DNA of 64,000 nucleotides from an uncultured candidate division Zixibacteria bacterium (GTDB lineage Bacteria; Zixibacteria; MSB-5A5; GN15; FEB-12): assembly GCA_963806185.1 (NCBI GenBank), contig CAWDXE010000003.1:256001-320000 (forward strand). The letters run 5' to 3'. This document shows, one piece after another, positions 49,367 to 59,273 of this stretch. Each line of letters starts with the position of its first letter. The stretch's first letter is position 1. The notes below the pieces were generated by a model, which was not told where the DNA came from, ran no database searches, and saw only the letters and a program-made list of their open reading frames with translations. The position numbers and the translations under genes were made by a program.

Positions 49367-51470
49367 CTTTGGCCTCTTTCTCATCCGTAAGCGGTTCGGC
49401 CTGGCATTGCAGGACAATTTCCATTGTCGAGTTGAGCATCTCCCCCGGAGGCAACGATTGCAGCCGCACCAGGCCGTTTCCCTGGAGGCTGAATTTCACT
49501 CCGGCATGACTGAGATACGCGGCGGCGCGACGGGCAGGCAGGCCGACCAGGTCGGCCATCATCAGCGGTTCATTGCGGGAATTTGTAGCCACAACCAGTA
49601 CCTCGTCGTTGGCGATTACCTCACGAGAGGCCGGCGGGTACTGCCATACGATCTTCCCTCCCTCAGTTGTACACCTGAGACGAAGTCCGCGTTGCGAGAG
49701 AATTCGCAGCGCCTTGGCAACGGTCATTCCGGTCAGGTCCGGAACACTTCTCAGCCCCGAGGCCGAATCCGCCTTGGCCATAAGTGTCCGCTCGGGGGTC
49801 GGGAACATGTCAGGATTGATTTGCACATACCGCTCGGCGATCGACTTGAAGACCGGGCCGGCGGTCCACCCGCCGTAGTGATTTGGCTCCGGTTCGCTGA
49901 AGACGACGACACCCGAGACGACCGGCTTTGGGTAGGGAAAGAAACCGCCGAACGTGGCGGTGAATTTGTTCTTGAAGTACCGCTTGTTTTTCAGGTCGGG
50001 AATTTCCGCCGTGCCGGTCTTGCCGGCGATGGCAATGATGTCGCTTCGCACCTGGGTGGCCGTACCGGTATCAACCACGCCCTTCAAGATTGCCTGGAGC
50101 GTGTCAACGGACGAACGCTTGAGCGATTGAGCCAGTACTTCGCGCGGCGGCTTATTGATGACGAATCCATTGTCGTCAACCTCGCCAAGAATGAGATGCG
50201 GGCGGACAAGCTCGCCGCCATTGGCAATACAGCCAAACCCGTTGGCCAGCTGCAGGGCATTGACGGCCACCGAATGTCCCATCGCCAGGGCTGCGACATT
50301 GTAATCCGACCATTTGTGCGGCTTGGGCAGCGCACCGGCTGTCTCACCGGGCAAACCACACTTGAGCTTTTTGCCGAAGCCAAACGCTTTGTAGGTGTCA
50401 AAGAGGTCCTCACCTTCGACCCGAAGCGCCCACTTGGCTGTACCGATGTTTGATGAGACTTCAATGATCTCACGAAACGTCATCAGTCCATGCTTTTTGT
50501 CGTCGTGCAGGGTACGGCGGCCCATCTTCCATTTGCCGTTCTCGCAATAGACCAGCTCATTGAAATTCACTACTCCGGCGTCAAGCACGGCAGCCGCGGT
50601 AAATGCCTTGAACACCGATCCGGGCTCGAACTGATCGGAAATGGCGCGCAGCTTGGCCGGTTTGTCCGGATTCTCTTCGTTCGGATCGTAATGAGCCATA
50701 GCGAGGATATCACCGCTACGGGCATCCTGAAAAACTGCCAGCCCCCACTTGGCGTGGTGTTTCTCCACCCCTTTGCGAAGCTCCTCTTCAACGATTTCCT
50801 GCAGCCGGAAGTCAATGGTCAGCACGATCGACTTACCGGTCTGCGGCTTCACCAGCGGTTGTTCTTTGGATTTGTACGTGTTGCGCAGACCGTCGCGAGA
50901 AACGTCGGCTATTCCCATCGTGCCGGACAGCATCGAATCGTACATCAGCTCAAAGCCGGACTGACCGTTGTTGTCGATGTCCGTGAAGCCAATGACCTGT
51001 TTTCCGACCTGGCCGAAGGGGTATTCACGGTAGAAATCGTCGCGCAAAAATAGTCCGGCCGGGGATTCCGCGGCAATCTTGTCGGCCATCTGATCGTCGA
51101 TATGGCGCTCGACCCAACGAAACTTTTTCGGCTTAAGCTTAAAGCGCTGCTCGGCTGTGCCCTTCTTGAGGTGATACAGATTGTCGAGATAGCTGCCGGC
51201 GATTTTCACTTCCGACACGTCATTGGGATAGGCATATAACGACGAGCGGAGAACGTTTTTGGCAATCACCCGTCCGTTACGATCATAGAGCAATCCGCGC
51301 TCGGCCGGGATCGTGACCTGTCCGCTCGACTGCTTCTGAACGATTTCCCGGTACCGATCGCCGCTACCGATCTGCAGTTGGGCCAAACGGGCTATGGCCA
51401 ATCCGAAAAAGAGAACGATCAGCACAAAGAGCGCCCCGAGCCGGAATCTCTCCTGACGGGTACGGATCAC
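49353..51470 (-). CDS. ftsI: FtsI/PBP3 transpeptidase with C-terminal PASTA domains
   Basis: EPGSVFK, SSN and GKTGTA; C-terminal VPDLTGMT PASTA-like repeats. Confidence 0.93.
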   Translation of the reverse strand: MIRTRQERFRLGALFVLIVLFFGLAIARLAQLQIGSGDRYREIVQKQSSGQVTIPAERGLLYDRNGRVIAKNVLRSSLYAYPNDVSEVKIAGSYLDNLYHLKKGTAEQRFKLKPKKFRWVERHIDDQMADKIAAESPAGLFLRDDFYREYPFGQVGKQVIGFTDIDNNGQSGFELMYDSMLSGTMGIADVSRDGLRNTYKSKEQPLVKPQTGKSIVLTIDFRLQEIVEEELRKGVEKHHAKWGLAVFQDARSGDILAMAHYDPNEENPDKPAKLRAISDQFEPGSVFKAFTAAAVLDAGVVNFNELVYCENGKWKMGRRTLHDDKKHGLMTFREIIEVSSNIGTAKWALRVEGEDLFDTYKAFGFGKKLKCGLPGETAGALPKPHKWSDYNVAALAMGHSVAVNALQLANGFGCIANGGELVRPHLILGEVDDNGFVINKPPREVLAQSLKRSSVDTLQAILKGVVDTGTATQVRSDIIAIAGKTGTAEIPDLKNKRYFKNKFTATFGGFFPYPKPVVSGVVVFSEPEPNHYGGWTAGPVFKSIAERYVQINPDMFPTPERTLMAKADSASGLRSVPDLTGMTVAKALRILSQRGLRLRCTTEGGKIVWQYPPASREVIANDEVLVVATNSRNEPLMMADLVGLPARRAAAYLSHAGVKFSLQGNGLVRLQSLPPGEMLNSTMEIVLQCQAEPLTDEKEAKDEAG

Positions 51471-51988
51471 TTGTCGGACTCCTTGACTGCCGTTGAGTCG
51501 AACTTGAGCGGTCGAATTGCCGGCGTGATTTCGCTCGCCTTGGCCTCGGTCTCCGAAATGGACGGCAGGTATTTCGCCACCCGTTTGATCGAGCTGATCA
51601 TGGTAGTGAATTCGTCGCGCTGCTCAATCACCGTCGCGGGCTTTTTCTGCGGCGGAGGGACCAGCGTCAACAAGCGGTCGGTGTGAACGTGTTCAAGCCC
51701 CAGACTGTCAAGTGCGATTGTTTCGATGCGAGCAGCCATGGAGAGTTGGTCGATTTCAGATCTGAGCTTGCGTGCATCGTCGATAAGGGTCCGCTGATCC
51801 GCCTCAAGGCGGGTAACATCCTTAAGCAGATCGAGCACGATCACACGCTGCCAGATATGACCGCAGGCGACGGCGATGGCCAGAATGGTCACCACACCGA
51901 TCGGGAAGTAACGGTGCGCGCCAAGCCGTTTTAGGAAACCGGAGCGAAGATCAGCGGACTCTTTGAACCGGCGCACCGAGGGAGCCAT
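51467..51988 (-). CDS. ftsL: FtsL-like cell division protein
   Basis: Single TM plus coiled coil with LSMAARIETIA; between rsmH and ftsI. Confidence 0.75.
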   Translation of the reverse strand: MAPSVRRFKESADLRSGFLKRLGAHRYFPIGVVTILAIAVACGHIWQRVIVLDLLKDVTRLEADQRTLIDDARKLRSEIDQLSMAARIETIALDSLGLEHVHTDRLLTLVPPPQKKPATVIEQRDEFTTMISSIKRVAKYLPSISETEAKASEITPAIRPLKFDSTAVKESDK

Positions 51989-51989
51989 G

Positions 51990-52934
51990 CTAGAGTACCT
52001 CCGCGACCCGAAGCTTGGCCGAACGAGAGCGCGGGTTGCGCCGTTCCTCGTCGGCCGACGGAGTCATGGCTTTTCTGGTGATCAGCCGCATGGTGGGTAC
52101 GGCACCGCAGACGCAGACCGGGAGATCAGCCGGACACGTACACCGCCCACGAGCTTCGGCCGCAAAGTACTGTTTCACCAGGCGATCTTCGAGTGAATGA
52201 TAAGCAATCACCGCCAGCCTGCCTCCCTGTGAGAGCATGCCGGCGGCGGCCGGAAGGACGGTACGCAGCTGCTCGAGCTCTTCGTTGACGGCGATGCGCA
52301 GCGCCTGGAATACACGGGCCAGCGACTTGACCACGTGGTGAGCCGGTACGACGGCGCGTACGACGTCAGCGAGTTGCGCGGTGGTGAGGATCATAGTCTT
52401 CTGTCGTTCCCTGACAATCGCCCTGGCAATCCGGGTTGCCAATCGTTCTTCGCCATAGCGCCAGATGATGTCGGCCAGCGCTCGCTCGTCCAAGCTTGCT
52501 ATCAGATCCGCGGCTGACTGGGCAGCCGACGGGTTCATTCGCATGTCCAAGGGTCCATCGAGGCGGAAGGAGAATCCGCGCGCCGGAGTATCGATTTGAT
52601 ATGAGGAGATTCCCAGGTCGAGCAGAATTCCGGAAAACCTGCTCTCACCAAACGAACTTGCCAACGTCGTCAGGTCTCCAAACGAAGCCTGGATGACCCG
52701 CCGAAATTGCGGAGCCTCCTCCAATTGACGCGACGCCCGCTCTACCGCCGCGGGATCGCGATCCACGCCGTACAACCGAGCCGTTGGCTCGAGTTGCCGC
52801 GCCAGCGCTTTGAGATGTCCTCCACCTCCTGCCGTCAGGTCCAGGTAAGCACCCGCCCGGTCGGTGATCAGCAGCTGCGTGATCGCCTCTGCCAGCACCG
52901 GCTCGTGCCAGGAGCTATTCTCCTCGCGGGCCAT
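51990..52934 (-). CDS. rsmH: 16S rRNA m4C1402 methyltransferase
   Basis: HEPVL, GGGGH, DLGISS, PLDMRM, HSLEDR and NPRSRSAKLR. Confidence 0.97.
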   Translation of the reverse strand: MAREENSSWHEPVLAEAITQLLITDRAGAYLDLTAGGGGHLKALARQLEPTARLYGVDRDPAAVERASRQLEEAPQFRRVIQASFGDLTTLASSFGESRFSGILLDLGISSYQIDTPARGFSFRLDGPLDMRMNPSAAQSAADLIASLDERALADIIWRYGEERLATRIARAIVRERQKTMILTTAQLADVVRAVVPAHHVVKSLARVFQALRIAVNEELEQLRTVLPAAAGMLSQGGRLAVIAYHSLEDRLVKQYFAAEARGRCTCPADLPVCVCGAVPTMRLITRKAMTPSADEERRNPRSRSAKLRVAEVL

Positions 52935-53400
52935 CGCCAGCGAAGAGTCGATCGGCTACTTCTTCATAACTGCCGGCATACTGCTCCAGGTAATACGCAT
53001 AGCGCTCCGGATTCCAGACCTCTACCCAACGGTTCACGCCGATTATCAGGAGTTCCTTCTTGAGCGCTGCCTCCTGAATCAGGTGACTCGGGACCAGAAT
53101 CCTACCGTTCTTATCCGGCGCGACCAGTCCGGCCGCAGAGTAAAACCGGCGACTGAAAAAGCGGAAATCTTTCTGGGTGAAGGGAAGAGTGGAAAAGCGG
53201 TTCTGTATTTCCTCCCACTCCGGCTGCGGATACAAACTCAAACACCCCTCGAGTCCCTTCGTGAGAATCAGATCCCCATCGAGAAGAGGTTTGCCGGAGT
53301 TATCCAACACAGCGCGAAGCTTCGCCGGCAGAGAGAAACGACCCTTCTCATCCAGAGATGTTTGATACTGGCCGTAAAACCCTGACAGATAAACCTCCAC
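52915..53400 (-). CDS. mraZ: Transcriptional regulator MraZ
   Basis: DEKGRFSLPAK and DKNGRILVP (two DxxGR motifs). Confidence 0.95.
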   Translation of the reverse strand: MEVYLSGFYGQYQTSLDEKGRFSLPAKLRAVLDNSGKPLLDGDLILTKGLEGCLSLYPQPEWEEIQNRFSTLPFTQKDFRFFSRRFYSAAGLVAPDKNGRILVPSHLIQEAALKKELLIIGVNRWVEVWNPERYAYYLEQYAGSYEEVADRLFAGDGPRGE

Positions 53401-53460
53401 AAATTACCACTATTACCCAGAATTTGCCTAAATTATCACATTTCTCCCACCACAAGTCAA
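53397..53460 (-). promoter_or_regulatory. dcw promoter with MraZ-box-like repeats
   Basis: TTGACT-17-GATAAT, with GTGG/TGGG units repeated at about 10-bp spacing down to the start codon. Confidence 0.7.
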
Positions 53461-53804
53461 GATGTTTTTTGAACACCATTTGAATTTATCGACCACTACA
53501 TCCTCAAATGATTCAATGGGTAATCAGAATTCAGAAATTCAGAAACGGCCAACCGATTGCCGTCAAACTGCTCGGACGGAATGATTTTTCTATTGACGAG
53601 TATGTTAAAAACGAGAAGAGCCCGATCTTCCAACCATTTCCAACGAATGTGGAAAACTCAATAGTGTCGGAAGATTTTTCCCCCGAAAGAATAGACAACT
53701 GCTAACCGTAGTCTCGAAAGCGTGTTACCAGGAACCGCCGTGCGGACCTGCACTGATGTACAGATACTTCACCCGACAACGGGTCGCCGAAAAGTGAGCT
53801 AATG

Positions 53805-55055
53805 TTATTGCTGTTTCTTGTTGACGATTGAATTGAGGATCATTTCAAAGCGTGCGGCAAGTCGTTCAGACGAGTATTCTCGGGCGAAATCCGGGTGAAC
53901 GACATGCGCCGCTCTCTTTTCTGTCAAGTCGCCATGGATTCGGCAGAGATGCGCGACGGCGCTCGGGATGTCGTCGAACACCATATTACCTTCCCACCCT
54001 TTGACAATATCTGCCACTTCGCCCCGCGGGTTGCCGCGAATGAGCAGCGGGCGTCCGGAAGGCAGCAGGTCAAAAAGCTTGCCCGGAACAAAGTCGTGGC
54101 CGGCCGCTTCAGGAATGCCGAAAGTGATTACTGATGTCTCCGACAACCGGCGCACGAACTGCTCCCGCGGGATTCGGCCGGTAATCTCCACGGACAAAGT
54201 AGGCCCCACCGCACTCAGGACACGATCCAATTCTGTTCGGTCCGTTTGACCGACATGCAGGATTCTCAGAGTGGATGGCGTCAATCCGGCGACGCGTGCG
54301 TAGTCAATAATCATCCGGTACAGCGTCTCAAGCGAATCCGAATCGTGCTGATGTCCCACCACACCAATGGTGAACGGCGCGTCCGGATCCGGCGGCCGCC
54401 AGAGCTGCGCGAGTTCTTCCGCAAATGCGTTGTAGATCACCTCTCCCCCACCCCAGTACTCCGCCACGGAGCGATTGACCGCCGTGATCTGATCGCACTT
54501 TGCAGCCAGATCCGCCTTGAGCTCTTCCGCCCGCGCAATCATGCGTGGACTGTCGTACGACCGTTCGATGCGGTAGGCCGTCCAGTAGTCGCGGAAATCG
54601 GCAACCCAGGGCAGTTGGAAATCCTTCGCAAGTTGACTGCCGATCAGGTGGCAAGAGATCGGCGGCGCCGTCGAAATGATCGCATCATAACGGTAGTTCT
54701 CCACCAATTGACGGCCGAGGCGCACGGCCTTTTTCACCCAGCCGACTTTGGGATCGGGGAAAAACCGGGCGGAAGCACTTCTCGCGCGACTGATATTCGA
54801 GCCCCGGACTGTCCGCAAACCGAACAAATACATCAGCCTCTGCGGATCCAGCGACCCGGCCCGGAAGATCTTCGATCCATCCAATCCGACCAACAGTTCC
54901 GGCTCATAGGCTCGGTACGCCACCGATTTCACGGTTAGCACGTGGCAGTCCCAGCCAACTTCCGGAAGCCGCCGGAAGAGATTCAGCGGTCGTCCGACCC
55001 CGCCCAGGCCCAGCGGCGGGAAATAGTAGCATATCAGGAGTACTTTGCGATTCAC
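53805..55055 (-). CDS. Glycosyltransferase (GT-B / family 4-like)
   Basis: YYFPPLG..GVGR, PWVADFRDYW and PGKLFDLL. Confidence 0.85.
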   Translation of the reverse strand: MNRKVLLICYYFPPLGLGGVGRPLNLFRRLPEVGWDCHVLTVKSVAYRAYEPELLVGLDGSKIFRAGSLDPQRLMYLFGLRTVRGSNISRARSASARFFPDPKVGWVKKAVRLGRQLVENYRYDAIISTAPPISCHLIGSQLAKDFQLPWVADFRDYWTAYRIERSYDSPRMIARAEELKADLAAKCDQITAVNRSVAEYWGGGEVIYNAFAEELAQLWRPPDPDAPFTIGVVGHQHDSDSLETLYRMIIDYARVAGLTPSTLRILHVGQTDRTELDRVLSAVGPTLSVEITGRIPREQFVRRLSETSVITFGIPEAAGHDFVPGKLFDLLPSGRPLLIRGNPRGEVADIVKGWEGNMVFDDIPSAVAHLCRIHGDLTEKRAAHVVHPDFAREYSSERLAARFEMILNSIVNKKQQ

Positions 55056-56128
55056 GATTGCCGCGATTGCATTAGAGTCCGCATCAAGTCAATGACCTTG
55101 GCGATATTGTCCTCGAAGATCGCGCGCTCCTTGACGATCGCGAGGTTATTCCGCCGCATTTCCGGCCGACCGTCGCCCTCGAGAATTGATTCAATTTGAC
55201 GGCTAACCGCCGCCGGATCATACAGTGGATAGAGAAACGCCGTTTCAGGTGTCGCCCACTCACGGACACCTGGGATATCGGCCACAACAGGAATCAAACC
55301 CAGAGCCATGGCTTCGATAAGCGACACCGGCGATGAATCCGAGGTCGCACTCGACAAGTACACGTCATACGTCGACATCCGTTCGAGATACTGTTCGCGA
55401 CTATCGGCCTCGTAGTAGCGAACGCGGTCGCCCACGAGCGACCGGGCCAGCAGTTTGAAGTCACCGAGCTGATTTCCCCAGGAGGGAAACGTGATCTCAA
55501 TCAGCCCTGCCCTTATCATCGGCGCCAGGGCACGCACGAGGAAGGGATTGTTATACACTTTTTCGTGTGGTCGAGGAACCAGGATGCGCAGTGGTTTGCT
55601 CAATCGGTAACTCGTCTTGTGAAATGCAAGGTACGCCCTCTCAATTCCCCACGGGACGATCAGGACCTTGCGCGGACTGGAAAATTCCCGCGCCATTTCA
55701 ACGAGATACGCGGAGTCGGCCGTCAGGGCGTCAGCCGCGTTGATCGCATAAGCCGTTTTACGTCGGTGCAGCACCGACTTCTCCGGAACCACAAGAATGT
55801 CGGAGCCCCACGCTGAGATCAGCAACGGGGCGGATCGCGCAGCGTTGGCCATGGCCGCTGTGAAGCCATAGCCGGAGGCGAAATGAGCATTTACGACATC
55901 CGGCTGATACCGACGGATGATGGCCCGTATTTCAGTGGCCGCCATGACATAGTGGAATTGCAGAAAGAGTCCCCGGCGTTTGATCTGATGATACCCCAGG
56001 GTATCGCCGCGTTCCAGCGAGGCCAGAAGCACCTGGCATCCCTGTTTGCGAAGTTGCTGGACATACCGCTCGGTATGGAACGAACCGGCGTCGGATAACA
56101 CCAGTACGCGCGGACGATCAACACTCAC
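55052..56128 (-). CDS. Glycosyltransferase family 4
   Basis: HFASGYG, SAWGSDI and DSSPVSLIEAMALG. GTG start at 56128 overlaps the upstream stop. Confidence 0.85.
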   Translation of the reverse strand: MSVDRPRVLVLSDAGSFHTERYVQQLRKQGCQVLLASLERGDTLGYHQIKRRGLFLQFHYVMAATEIRAIIRRYQPDVVNAHFASGYGFTAAMANAARSAPLLISAWGSDILVVPEKSVLHRRKTAYAINAADALTADSAYLVEMAREFSSPRKVLIVPWGIERAYLAFHKTSYRLSKPLRILVPRPHEKVYNNPFLVRALAPMIRAGLIEITFPSWGNQLGDFKLLARSLVGDRVRYYEADSREQYLERMSTYDVYLSSATSDSSPVSLIEAMALGLIPVVADIPGVREWATPETAFLYPLYDPAAVSRQIESILEGDGRPEMRRNNLAIVKERAIFEDNIAKVIDLMRTLMQSRQS

Positions 56129-57054
56129 AAGAGTCTTCCCAAACCGGCCAGATGCTGCCAGGTGGTGTACTGGTGCGGAACGCCGCCCCACTTCTCTTTG
56201 AATGTCACTAGCGATTCGGCCGCCCCGCCCGATGAGCCCAGGTTGAGGATTTTCACCCCTTCGGCCGCAAACCGTCGGGCCGCTGCATGGAGAAGAAACT
56301 GGTTTGGTTTCAGGGCCGAGTGCGCTTTGTCCAGATATGCTTGCCAGTGAAGCGCGAGTTCGCCATCGACAAGATATATGTGCGAGGCCGCAGCCTCCTT
56401 ACCGCACATCACTTGTAGCCAGTGAACGCGCTTGTCTTCAGTGGCCAGCCTTGCCAATTCGGCAAAGAACTGGTCATTGTACTTCGGCTCGCGTCCGTGG
56501 CGCGTTTCGGTCGCATGCATAAGCTGCAAGAACGCTTTCATATGAGCCGAGGCCTCAAACGACTCCGCTTCGGCACCGTCGCGCTGCGCCTTGCGAATCT
56601 CTGATTGCAGAGCCTTGTCCGGCGGCTGCCAATCGGGAGTCGAAATATCGACGAGCAGCGTCTCCTGTGGCTGAGGAGTGAAATGAGCCGCGGGGCTTAA
56701 CTGACCGAAGTAGTCATTCAGATGGATCTTCACATAACCGTAGTGGTACAGACCGTCCAGCAGGGCCGCGCCCACTTTGGCCGAATCTACCGCATCGTCG
56801 GTGAGCGGACATAATGCAAAGTAACAGCCGTCCGGCATAGCCTGAAATCGTACCACGGGACCTCGTCCAAATTCGACACCGGACATGGCCGCGATGGGCC
56901 GGCGCTTGTCGCTTACCACCCAGACCACTTCGCGTCCACCCATGGTGTGCCAGAGACGCGCAAATCCCAGCGAATGCCAGAATGAACCAGTATTGAGACG
57001 GGCAGCAATTTCCTGGGAGAGCTGCGATAGGACACAGCGAGTCGCGGTAATCAC
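56125..57054 (-). CDS. GNAT-fold (FemAB/CelD-BcsL-like) acyltransferase
   Basis: EIRKAQRDG, PNQFLL and NLGSS...LVTFKEKWGG. Confidence 0.75.
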   Translation of the reverse strand: MITATRCVLSQLSQEIAARLNTGSFWHSLGFARLWHTMGGREVVWVVSDKRRPIAAMSGVEFGRGPVVRFQAMPDGCYFALCPLTDDAVDSAKVGAALLDGLYHYGYVKIHLNDYFGQLSPAAHFTPQPQETLLVDISTPDWQPPDKALQSEIRKAQRDGAEAESFEASAHMKAFLQLMHATETRHGREPKYNDQFFAELARLATEDKRVHWLQVMCGKEAAASHIYLVDGELALHWQAYLDKAHSALKPNQFLLHAAARRFAAEGVKILNLGSSGGAAESLVTFKEKWGGVPHQYTTWQHLAGLGRLL

Positions 57055-59273
57055 TTGCGCACCAGCAGGAATTTGCCCCGACCGACCGAACCGTCAATGG
57101 CATTCAGGACGAACAGGTAGACACCGGAGGCAACCGCCGAACCGTCACTGTTTCGGCCGTCCCAGGGCAGGTTCACCGATTGTTCGATCACTTGCTCGCC
57201 AGCCAGCGTGAAAATGCGAATGGTACCCGAACCTGCAAAGTTGAAATTGAGTCGATCGGCTGATGATGAAATGACAAACGGATTGGGAAACGCCCAAATC
57301 GAATCGAGATTGCGAGTCGGGACGCCGATGGTCGTGCTCAATTTCGACAGTCCGCCGCCGGTGGCAATAAAGAGATCCGACGTCAGAGTATCATAGCAGA
57401 TGCCGCGAACGACATCGTTCACCAAACCGCTATTCAGAGACGTAAACACTTCAATTTCGCCGGTCGTTCCGTCACGCCGGGCCAAGCCGTTGGAAGCACC
57501 CAGCCAGAGATTCCCGCGCGTGTCAAATTCCATCGCGGAGATGTCCGGACCGAATCCTGCCGGAAGCACCACCGTGCGAAACCGTTCTGTTCCCGGGTCC
57601 CAGCGGGAAACACCGAAATTCGTCCCGGCCCACAGGGTGCTGTCGGGAGCGTACTTGACCACGCGGACAGTATTTGAAACGAGAAAGCCGGACTCTTCGC
57701 TGTACCGTCGGCAGATGGTTGAACCGGTAAACGGATCACCACCCAGATCACATTCAAATAGTCCGTCAGATTCAGTCGCGACGGCTACTTTGCCGGCAAA
57801 GTAGTCGAGCGGACCAACGAAAGCGTTGGTGATTCCTTCGCTTAACCCAATCGACGTCCACTCCGTCAGCCAGGGAGATGACGGGCTCAACCGAGCTATG
57901 GCAATCGGCTCGTTCAGGTAGGCGCGATAGCAGGAGGCAAACAAGCACCCGTCACCAACGTCAAGTCCATACAGCACGATATAATTATTGCCTTCCGAGT
58001 TCCCTTGCATGGTTGTGCCAGTGGTGTCGTAGCGTGTCACGTCGCCGGGAGCCATGACGTGGTAAAGTCCCGCCCCAAAGCTTCCGGCCCAATAATCGTC
58101 AGCATACCCGGACACCAACTGCGTGCCGCGACCACCTACGTCGATCGTGATCTTCTCCCAATCCGATTCTCCGGGGTGAAGGATCTGCACGGCGCCGGGA
58201 TTGTACAGATGCACACCGATTGACCGGTCGGACAATACGGCCACATCGGAAAGGTTGTTAGTCAGCAGTCCGATGTGCGTGTATTCGGTGAGGGCGGATT
58301 GATCGCCAGAGAACAGGCCCTTTGTACCACCGGCGATCCAGCGTGTGGAACCGAGATTGATTCCCGTAATCGCCGGCGCGGGAATGGCGCTGCCGGATGT
58401 CACCTGCGTAACGTTGCCATTGGCAATCGCCACGATTCCCCCGGAGTAGTAGGCGAAAAGAGTATCGTTGTCTATTCGCTGGTCGTTGACGCGAGCCGTA
58501 TCGATCAGAGCCGTCCGTATCAACGTGTCGGTGGTCGATCGATCAAGCCGGAACAGGCCACGGACAGTTCCAAAATAGAGTTTGTTTTCAAAAGCCGATA
58601 CGCGACGTACCGTATCGGTCCCCAACTCGGGATAGGTCGTCGAGCCGTAGACGCTCCAGTTCGCGGGTGCTTTCAGCAGAGTACGATTACTTCGGTCGCC
58701 TATCGCCACACCCGCTGAGGTGGCGATGACAATGGAATCACCGCGCAGCAATACGTCGTAGACAGCCGGGCTGGGATTGAGATTGCCGAATAGTTCGTAG
58801 CTGTCTTCAATCTGGCCGCCATCGATCAATTTGGAAAAGAGCACGAGGCCTTTGTCCGTTCCCAGCCAGAGGAAATCGCCATCGTCGGCGATGCAATGCA
58901 GTCGGAAGGGCTGGCCGTCATTGTCGAAAAACAAGTACGAGTGCGAGGCGGAGCCGTTGAACTTGATGAGCCGCCCCATAGCGGAAAGCCACGTCTGGTC
59001 TGAAGCGTCGCGAATCATGTCGGTCAGGTCGACCGTGCCCAGTCCATCAAGATTGGTGTGAGTGACTGACGCCTGGGACGGATCGGCGATGGCCATGAGG
59101 CCGCCGGAAGTCACGAAGTACGTGGTGTCGGCGTATTGCCGGACGCGGCGGACATCGAGAAACGAGGTATAGGTCGACCACCGGGGTTCGAAGGCCATCA
59201 CCTGAGTGGCGAGCAGGAGGAGGGCGAAGAAGCCAGTCAGGCGGCGAACGTGCGAAACTTGCGAACGAGCCAT
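57051..59273 (-). CDS. Secreted beta-propeller protein (PorZ-like) with a C-terminal FlgD-Ig/T9SS-CTD-like domain
   Basis: Signal peptide, repeated LWLGT/LWAGT/GNLWLG blades, and AFPNPF...IRIFTLAGE...WDGRNSDGSAVASGVY...KFLLVRK. Confidence 0.8.
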   Translation of the reverse strand: MARSQVSHVRRLTGFFALLLLATQVMAFEPRWSTYTSFLDVRRVRQYADTTYFVTSGGLMAIADPSQASVTHTNLDGLGTVDLTDMIRDASDQTWLSAMGRLIKFNGSASHSYLFFDNDGQPFRLHCIADDGDFLWLGTDKGLVLFSKLIDGGQIEDSYELFGNLNPSPAVYDVLLRGDSIVIATSAGVAIGDRSNRTLLKAPANWSVYGSTTYPELGTDTVRRVSAFENKLYFGTVRGLFRLDRSTTDTLIRTALIDTARVNDQRIDNDTLFAYYSGGIVAIANGNVTQVTSGSAIPAPAITGINLGSTRWIAGGTKGLFSGDQSALTEYTHIGLLTNNLSDVAVLSDRSIGVHLYNPGAVQILHPGESDWEKITIDVGGRGTQLVSGYADDYWAGSFGAGLYHVMAPGDVTRYDTTGTTMQGNSEGNNYIVLYGLDVGDGCLFASCYRAYLNEPIAIARLSPSSPWLTEWTSIGLSEGITNAFVGPLDYFAGKVAVATESDGLFECDLGGDPFTGSTICRRYSEESGFLVSNTVRVVKYAPDSTLWAGTNFGVSRWDPGTERFRTVVLPAGFGPDISAMEFDTRGNLWLGASNGLARRDGTTGEIEVFTSLNSGLVNDVVRGICYDTLTSDLFIATGGGLSKLSTTIGVPTRNLDSIWAFPNPFVISSSADRLNFNFAGSGTIRIFTLAGEQVIEQSVNLPWDGRNSDGSAVASGVYLFVLNAIDGSVGRGKFLLVRK

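Noticed and set aside
53460..53804. AT-rich intergenic region upstream of mraZ as a possible ncRNA or the 65-aa ORF 53508-53705
   Set aside because: No convincing structure or coding signal; consistent with the dcw promoter region.
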